From Yuukianura sp. NJ FZ-2021 (lineage: Eukaryota), in the NCBI GenBank assembly GCA_046563655.1, contig CM102290.1, positions 2,418,001-2,482,000 on the forward strand: a stretch of 64,000 bases of DNA, read 5' to 3'. The notes below the pieces were generated by a model, which saw only the letters and a list, made by a program, of their open reading frames with translations, was not told the DNA's origin and did not search any database. This document shows positions 56,417-64,000 of this stretch, piece after piece (within the stretch, counting starts at the first letter, position 1; each line of letters starts with the position of its first letter). Both the position numbers and the translations under genes were made by a program.

Positions 56417-59400
56417 CGATTCCTCCGACAGATAGAAGTTACTCATCTTCTTCGTTTTCGATGTCTGGTGGACTTTGAAAGCTTCATAATAAGAGTTTTG
56501 GAACTTAAAATTAATTGAACCTTGATGGATATTGAAATTTCATGGAGCATTTGCAAAACAAAAGTCCGTTGTACGGAATAACTCAAAAAATTTTAACATT
56601 TACAATTGTTAACCTATATTTGAGGTTATCTACAAATGTTTACCACATATCCCAAACATATGCACTTTCTCTGACCTTTGACCTTTTGGACCACAAGTGA
56701 TTATATCAATAGAGGCCAAAATCCCAATTATAAGAGAAATATTAACTCAAAAGTGTATAATCAAAGTTCTAACGTGGATTTAATTACCTAAGTATTTTAT
56801 CCTCTTTTACTTTCACTTTATACAATTGTGATTTTTAAGTTAAAAATTATGATTTAGAATTGAAACAAAATTGTTGCTGTTTTTGTGTAAATCTAATTCC
56901 ATTGTAATTAATTCGACTTAGGTTGATTTTAAATCAGAATGAATCAGTTTTTTGAGAGAACATGTTGCCTTTCCGAAGAAAACCCAATTACCTTAGGCTT
57001 CTGAAAAATACTATTTGAATTCTGAAAACAAATTTCACTTTACTCAAGTTTTGATAAATTGAAACCAACAACGTTTTTTCATATGTTCTAGATTGATTGT
57101 GGTGGTGGGAAGTCGTGAGTGCTATTGCTATTGAAAGTAAATGAGAGTTTTACCCAAATTATAATTATGAATATTAAAATGTTAAATAAAAACAAATTAT
57201 CGTGCAACGACATTTTGTCTTCAGGAATGTTTTTCCGTACGCTGACGATAACCTTTGGAAGTTAAAGACGAAACAGAAGGAATTATAATTTCAGAAGGAA
57301 GTAAAAACTACTGTTGACACAGCGATCCCCTTGTTTCGGGTCAAAGGTTAACCTAAATAATTTTAATTCCAATGAACTAACACATGAGTATAACGGGGTT
57401 TGCTGCATTGTATGCCTCAAAGCGGTGAACCGATTCTTTCTTCAGTGCGGTCTGTGTTTTGCGCCAAGAGAGTGCGACTCTGTTTATTTTTCAACTTTGA
57501 ATTCAAACAAAATTCCTCTCGGGCCCTTCATTTTTAAAACAAAAAACAACGTTTTCCTCACAAATCCGGAAAACAAGCCAAGCAAAATTCAAAATCGTTC
57601 ACATAAAGATAAAACTAGCTAAGACTAAATTAAACAAAATTAAATAATTTCCTTTAAAGTTACTTTTGTTTTATGATTTTCTAAATAATCACAATAACCG
57701 ACGAACCTCCTCAAACTCCAAGTTTCCTTACAACGAAAATTATTTGCAAATATTTGTTTGTTTCGTTTGCGTGTACAGTGATGATGCGGAACACGCATGT
57801 TTTTCATCAAGTTTGCAAAAAATGAAGACGAGAATTTGGGAATTTTAACTAATATTTGGTTTTGGAGAGGTTTGTATACTTAATTGGATTGTAAAGGAAC
57901 TTGAATTATTTAATAATTGAACTTTGTTTAATTTTTATTGAATTGCATCAATTAATTTCTTTTTAAAATTATTGTTGAAAGAGGAGTTGTTGGGCACGCA
58001 CATCTTCTACTCAAATTAAAAATAATGTAATGATTGAGGAAACCGAATAACTCTTCCTTTTGCATTTTGAAACTAATTACACCAGTTTTTATGTAGTGAC
58101 CTGTCATGTCAGGAACATATTGGCGGAGTTGAAAAAATAAAAAAATTGTTAGGCGTTTGAACTCCAATTTTGCTAAATACTATTACTGACATATTATTGT
58201 TGGAAATTGGTCATTTTTGGAGCAGCATAAGGTAGGCAAGGATTGGTTTCGTGGTGACTTGGTTAGGCCCTTGGGCACTTAATATATTAACAATTGTCCA
58301 AATGTGAGAAAAGTTTTTCAAGCAGAAGAATTGCAAGTAGCAATTATCACTCACTCCCAACACGAACTAATGAATTAATCTGACAGTTGGCAAATTGCTA
58401 AGAAAGGAAAAATTGATGATGGGAAGCAAGGACAACTTCTACTTCTTCGTCAACACGCAAAAAGTACAACGTAAAATTTCAAATGTTCAGTTTTTGGCAA
58501 AAATTTTAAAATTTTCAAAAAAGAAAATTCATAAAAAAAAGTTCTCAAACAAAATCAGGTTTTGTACTAGTTTGCACTTACTCACTCTTAAGTACAATTT
58601 GAGAGTTGACTGAAGTGTCGATTTCTTGTAAACACTTGACTCCAGTATGTAATTGTACACAGTATAAGTGGAGAATCCTTGACGTTGTTGAAGCGGTAAA
58701 ATTTGAAAGATTTATATTATGATTAGAACTGTTACAACAAAGGAAGAAGGACGCGTAGACATCGGTTGTTCTAATCAGACGATCTGAACATGGAAAAAGT
58801 TATGTTCACAGTGATGAGAGGTGCTTCAACCTCTAATTTTCTTCGTCCAGAATTATAAAAAAGCTCTGTCATTCCTCTATCCTCTTTCGTTTTAGGCGGC
58901 TCTCCAAATCTGCCTGGAATTAAAAGTAGCAAATTGTGGTTGCATCTTGGTCCAATGTTGTCCTTTGTGTACTCGAGAACATGATTGAGGATTTGAGCAT
59001 TGTTCAGAAGTAGACTCCAACTTCAACCATGTTATTAAATGGTACAGTCCAAAGAAAGTTACGAGCTTTGTCCCCGGATACGTCTATTCAATAACAAATT
59101 ATTCTTCTGCAACATAAAGCTCCATTGACTTTCCAACGGGTTTTCTTACCCATTTCAATCATCATCTTCTCATGATCCTCATCTTCTGCCTTCACTTCCT
59201 TCGTTGCTTAACCGATCTTCCGAAATCTTTACAACCATCGCGGACATTAGAAATTCAACGCCACACAATAGTTAACTTGCATTTTCATTTCCACACATCC
59301 TTCTTACGTTGGATTTTTAATTTAAAAAAGAATTGAAACTAAATAAAAAGTGTAAAAAGTCTAAAAAATTTTTTAGAGAGGAATTTAATTTTATTACCAG

Positions 59401-62400
59401 TAGGAGTGCATCCTGAAGCGCTAAGAAAACTAAAAAAATAGAGAGCAAATCAATTAACTTAGAGTAAATAAAAATGTTCATGTGGAACGAAGTAATGGGG
59501 GCAGAAGCGCAGGAAAGAAAAAATAACAGTAGAAAATGATGGGGTGGCGTAAATTGACAAAGAGTTAATTAAAATTGAGACCGTTTCAACTGAAGGATTT
59601 GTTAAAGTGAAAGAGTGCATACGTGTGTCTACTATAATATCGTAATGCAAATGTTTAGAAAGTTATGAACCACTGTGGTATGTTTGTGGGAGTAGTGTCC
59701 ACTGGTTCTATTGGTTTATTTCTTCTGAATTGTTTACAGTTACAAGGCAAGTGGAGATGACAGGAGTTAATTAATTGTGTCATCATCATCATCATCAACT
59801 CCATATTCATCATCATCATCAGTTGAGCCTGGTGAACTTGTGTGTCTCCCAGGGTCCGCTTTCTTCTAACTCGCACTCTGGTCGGCCTTTGGGTTGAGAC
59901 TGATTTAATTTCATTTTGAAAATAATTAAGTTGACTTAGCCTATAATTAAAAGTGGAATTAACAAAGGAAGTCTCTGGGACCAATTCATTAGACGGTTTT
60001 AAGCACAAGTCCGCCCCTTTGCCCAAGCCTCATCACAAAACTTCCTCCTCATGTATGTTGTTCCTAATAAGGCTCCGCTTTGCCAAAAGGAAACTTTGGA
60101 AAAAGTAGTTTCCATAGGTTTTCATTGGTGTTGGAAGAAAAAAAAGTAGGAAATTCAGTTAGTGCCATTGTACTATGGCAAACAATGGACACGGTTATTG
60201 ATTTCAAGAACTAACACAAACCGCTCCAAACCTCATGCAATTCAATGAGAACCTTCATTTCTTTTTCAATTTAAAAAGCCACACTCTTTTAGTTTCCACT
60301 TTTTCGAAAAAAAAAAAAAACAAAACAAAAAAACAAAAACAGCGGATCCATCCTAAACTTTCACCAAAACAATTTCCATGTGCTATCTGAACGTTTAGAT
60401 AAATGCCGTCTCAAAAGATTGAAAAAGTATATTTTTTTAACTGGCTGTTTGATTCTAACACAAGAAGATGCTTGTTTGGGTAGTCTTTCTTTTCCCTTCT
60501 TTTTTTCAATGCTCAAACTGAGTTATGCTTTTGATTTTGCTGGAATGAGAACAACCGTCTTACAACAATGCCATAATTTTCATCTCTGTGGAATTTCTTT
60601 GTTGAAGAGGAAATTCAAAGGAACAGGTAGGAATTAGAGTAGACGCGATACAGCATCTCGTTTGCTCAAGGCAAAAAGAACTTTGTTGTTTAAATTGTAA
60701 GTGATTCAGTTAGCATTTGTATGATTGATTTGAAATTGAGGAATTCCTTCCGTTGTTTTGCTTTCCAACAATGATAAATTAAAGATGTGAAAAGTTACTT
60801 ATATTTGCTTTTGCTAACTTTTTATGCTACACATTACTACGAAACAAATGGGATCTAAAATGCTTATTGTAAATTTTTAAAAGTTAGGCTTTTGTGGAAC
60901 AGAATTTGTGTTGACGTTGATTGTTATACCGGAGTAACATTTTTGAAATTTTTGAAAAGCTGGTTCATTTTGAGCATCTCTTAATTCAATTGTGGATATA
61001 TTTTAGTTATGAGTTCTGAGAGTTAGAGAAGTCTATTTTTTGTGGTTCTGGTAAGAATGCTATGTTTAGTGTCTGATCTTGTCACAATTAGTAAGTGCAA
61101 TGTCACGTAATCACAACAAAGGAAGGGGAGGTAATAATAGGATGAGAAGTAGGGATAATGAACTTACAACAAGCGGAGCCAAGGAACTCCAATTGTCAAA
61201 AATTTTCAGGCACCCTAAAGCCCTCTACACTCCGCTCTTTTTTCAATTTTATCAAAATATAACGTGGAGCATGACACAAAGAATTTTTTTCAAAAATAAA
61301 TAAAATTTGAGCAGAGCAGGTCAGCCTTTTTCCAAAAAAGATTTAAGAAGAAAAAACCAAAGTATCAATCATGTGATCGAGTGAACCAAAAGTTATTCTT
61401 TCGAAACCAGAAAAAAAAACCGAATGACGCCCAAAGGTTTCCAAAAAATGACAACGAGAGCGGATCACTACTCTGCTGCACCCATAATCCAAAATGTCCG
61501 TATTAAAACCAATGATTTTTCAGAATTTGAGCCATCAATTACTACAGTCTCGTTCAATTGTTGAAGTTGGCTGTACTTGGAAGTTGGACACTTTGAGTTG
61601 TGCAGTGCTACTTTTATGTTGAGTCCTGTTCTAAATAAGTGAAGATGATCCAATTGAGGAGTATAAGATGTAGAGATGGGGTTAAGTCAAAGTGAGCATT
61701 ATCAGACCAAGATCACGAAGAATAAAAATTGGAATAATGATACAGCGGCGCCTTGGACGGTTCGCATGCAATCCTCAGCTCTCGTCCTTGTAACAACGTT
61801 TACAACAGTACACACGCACTTCAACAGGCACTTATACGGATACGCAGTTTGGAGAAATTCTAAAAAACTTGTAACTTCTTCAACAGATCTCAAACATTGT
61901 TCTGTCAAAAAGAAGTTTTTTTTTTGGAACAATTTTACAAATGTATGCTACTTCACTCTTTTAGTATTAATTTAGAAAAAATAATATTCAATACATTTAC
62001 TAGAGTTTTTTTTTGAAAAAAATACTTGTATTGCCGATATGCACTAACTAATTACGCTTCATCGTTAACTAACCAGTCTTTTTTAGCTAAATATTTATTC
62101 ACCCGTGGACTGTGAAATTTAAAAATTCAAAAATTCAACGCCGTTTGAAAACTTTCTTGTTGTATTTTTTTTTAATTATAGATTTTAATTTTTTCGTTCA
62201 GTTTTATGAATTTTGAAAAAAAATTTAAACAAAGTTTACCACGAACGGAACATTTTTTTGTAAAATTGAAATAATTTGGAGGAAGAAATGCCGAAAGGAG
62301 AGTTTTCTTATACAATTTATGCGTTTCTAATAATTTGTGCGTGGAGCCGTTAGCATGCTAAACGTTTTAAGTTAGTCTGCGTCTGTTTGAAGATTGTTGG

Positions 62401-64000
62401 TTAGCTAATGTAAATGAAGGAAGAGTGCTACCGAGTTACCCCTTTGTTTCAGTTGATTATTTGGAATTTCTACTTGGAGGTTAGGAGGAGCAGGGGAAAA
62501 GACAAACAGAACAATGGGATTAAGGTGAATGTTTTAAGTGATGCTGGAGGGATGATGAGATGAGGTAAGACGAGTAGCCGTGTTGGAATTGACTTATTCT
62601 GGATAGACCCATGCACCTTCTATGTAAAATAATAGTAATTAAGTCCTTCCCTCCAAAACGTTTACTTTGTCCTTAATCCAACTAAATTGTGTCCAGAAGG
62701 CATCTTCCCTTAAAACTTGTTCTCACAAGATCCGTTAAGAGAACAAAACAAGCAGATCACTTTCCATGCCAAATTCACTTATCAACCAAGAACAAGTCGA
62801 CAAGACTTCAAAACCCAGAGGGTTTCGTGAGCAAAACGGCTTTCGTCATCGTCATATCTAAATTCTTACTTTCTTTTGAAAAAAAAAAATACAAGTCTGT
62901 TTGTCAATGCACATTTTCTGACTTTCACCCGCTTTCACTCTATTTTATAGCGTAGTACTTGTTGTTTCAGTTATTCTCTTTTTTTTTTAATTTGAAAAGC
63001 TTCACGAGTGGAACCGGCGTACCCTGTTCAAAATGAAGTTAAGCGTTGATTCCAGGAGCTCGAAAATTTTGAGGTCTGGAAATTCTGTAGTAATTTTCAC
63101 CTCTAGGATGGAGTCATGGGTTGACCGAGCCGTTGCGTGTTAAGATTTGAAGACGATGCAAATTTGAGGGTGCAGACGATGTTTATCCATTTCATTTTCT
63201 CAAATTTAACCACTGTGTTGCTCTCTTTTTTTCTCGGTTTGTGGTGTTTTGGTGTTTATGCGCAGAATGGGCTTTACAAACCAGGGAACCGCATTATTCC
63301 TCAACCATAACCACCCTCCTCTACTCTTCTGTTTTGAAGGAAGTAAAGCACAAAATGGCCGAGCTCTTTTGTTTTAATTAATAAAATATCTCATCATCAC
63401 TTTTAAATAAAACGCCCCCTCTCAAGAACCCTGGGAAAAACTATTTGAATGAACTTGACACCCCTCGTGAGTACCCTTTGCAAACCAGGAGTGGGGGAGG
63501 ACGGGAACACGCCAAAGCGAAAAGTTGCATGAAACTATACTATGTCGTTTTCCCTTAACTTAAAAATTTTCCCGTGTTTACGCCTCAAACACTACTACAA
63601 TAGAAAATAATAATTTTTCTATTTGATATGAACGAGTAAGCAGTAGGAGTTGCCAAGTGAGTGGCTCAGATGGGAGTTCTATTTAAGTCCAAAAGTGTGT
63701 CCCTTAATGTGTCCTTAAGAGCCCTTTGGAAAAGAGGGGTGCCTCCCTTTGTTACATTCTGATTAACGAGCTAGGGCACGCCCGCACCTTCCTTCTCCTG
63801 CTTAAAACGATTCAACCTCTCCCAAATCCACTTTCCAATTAATCCTGTTGCCTTTTCATTTTCAGAAACTTAAAAAAATGCTTTTTCTAAAAAAACAAAC
63901 TTTTCTTCACTTTTTTTAAAAAACCATTTTTTTTAAAACTAAGCAGGTAACAGATGTGTCTTTGTTCAGTTTTAGGAGGAAAGTGAGAATGAGTCGTATT

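Noticed and set aside
61468..61975. Overlapping 61-99 aa ORFs as a gene
   Set aside because: No homology that I recognise and no consistent exon chain.

Overview
Eukaryotic genomic DNA with GT-AG introns, many only about 55-100 nt long. It is most likely from an arthropod, judging by insect-like Cut, Caprin, Regena and rdgC proteins and TTAGG repeats; the species cannot be determined from the sequence. In order, the window holds: (1) the 3' part of a cut/CUX homeobox gene (+, two CUT domains and a homeodomain) after a large intron; (2) a ~5.1 kb tandem array of 16 copies of a ~318-bp monomer that is itself an imperfect palindrome, with a local 3-mer higher-order period; (3) a compact group of three RNA-metabolism genes, CDC5L (+), Caprin (-) and a divergent CNOT2/Regena-like gene (+); (4) an rdgC/PPEF EF-hand Ser/Thr phosphatase gene (+, ~18 kb) with a 604-bp foldback/MITE in intron 2; and (5) about 7.5 kb with no gene I can call confidently. 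The most striking structure is the palindromic tandem array just downstream of cut. It resembles a hairpin-RNA (endo-siRNA) locus or a transposon-derived satellite. All exon coordinates were read by eye.
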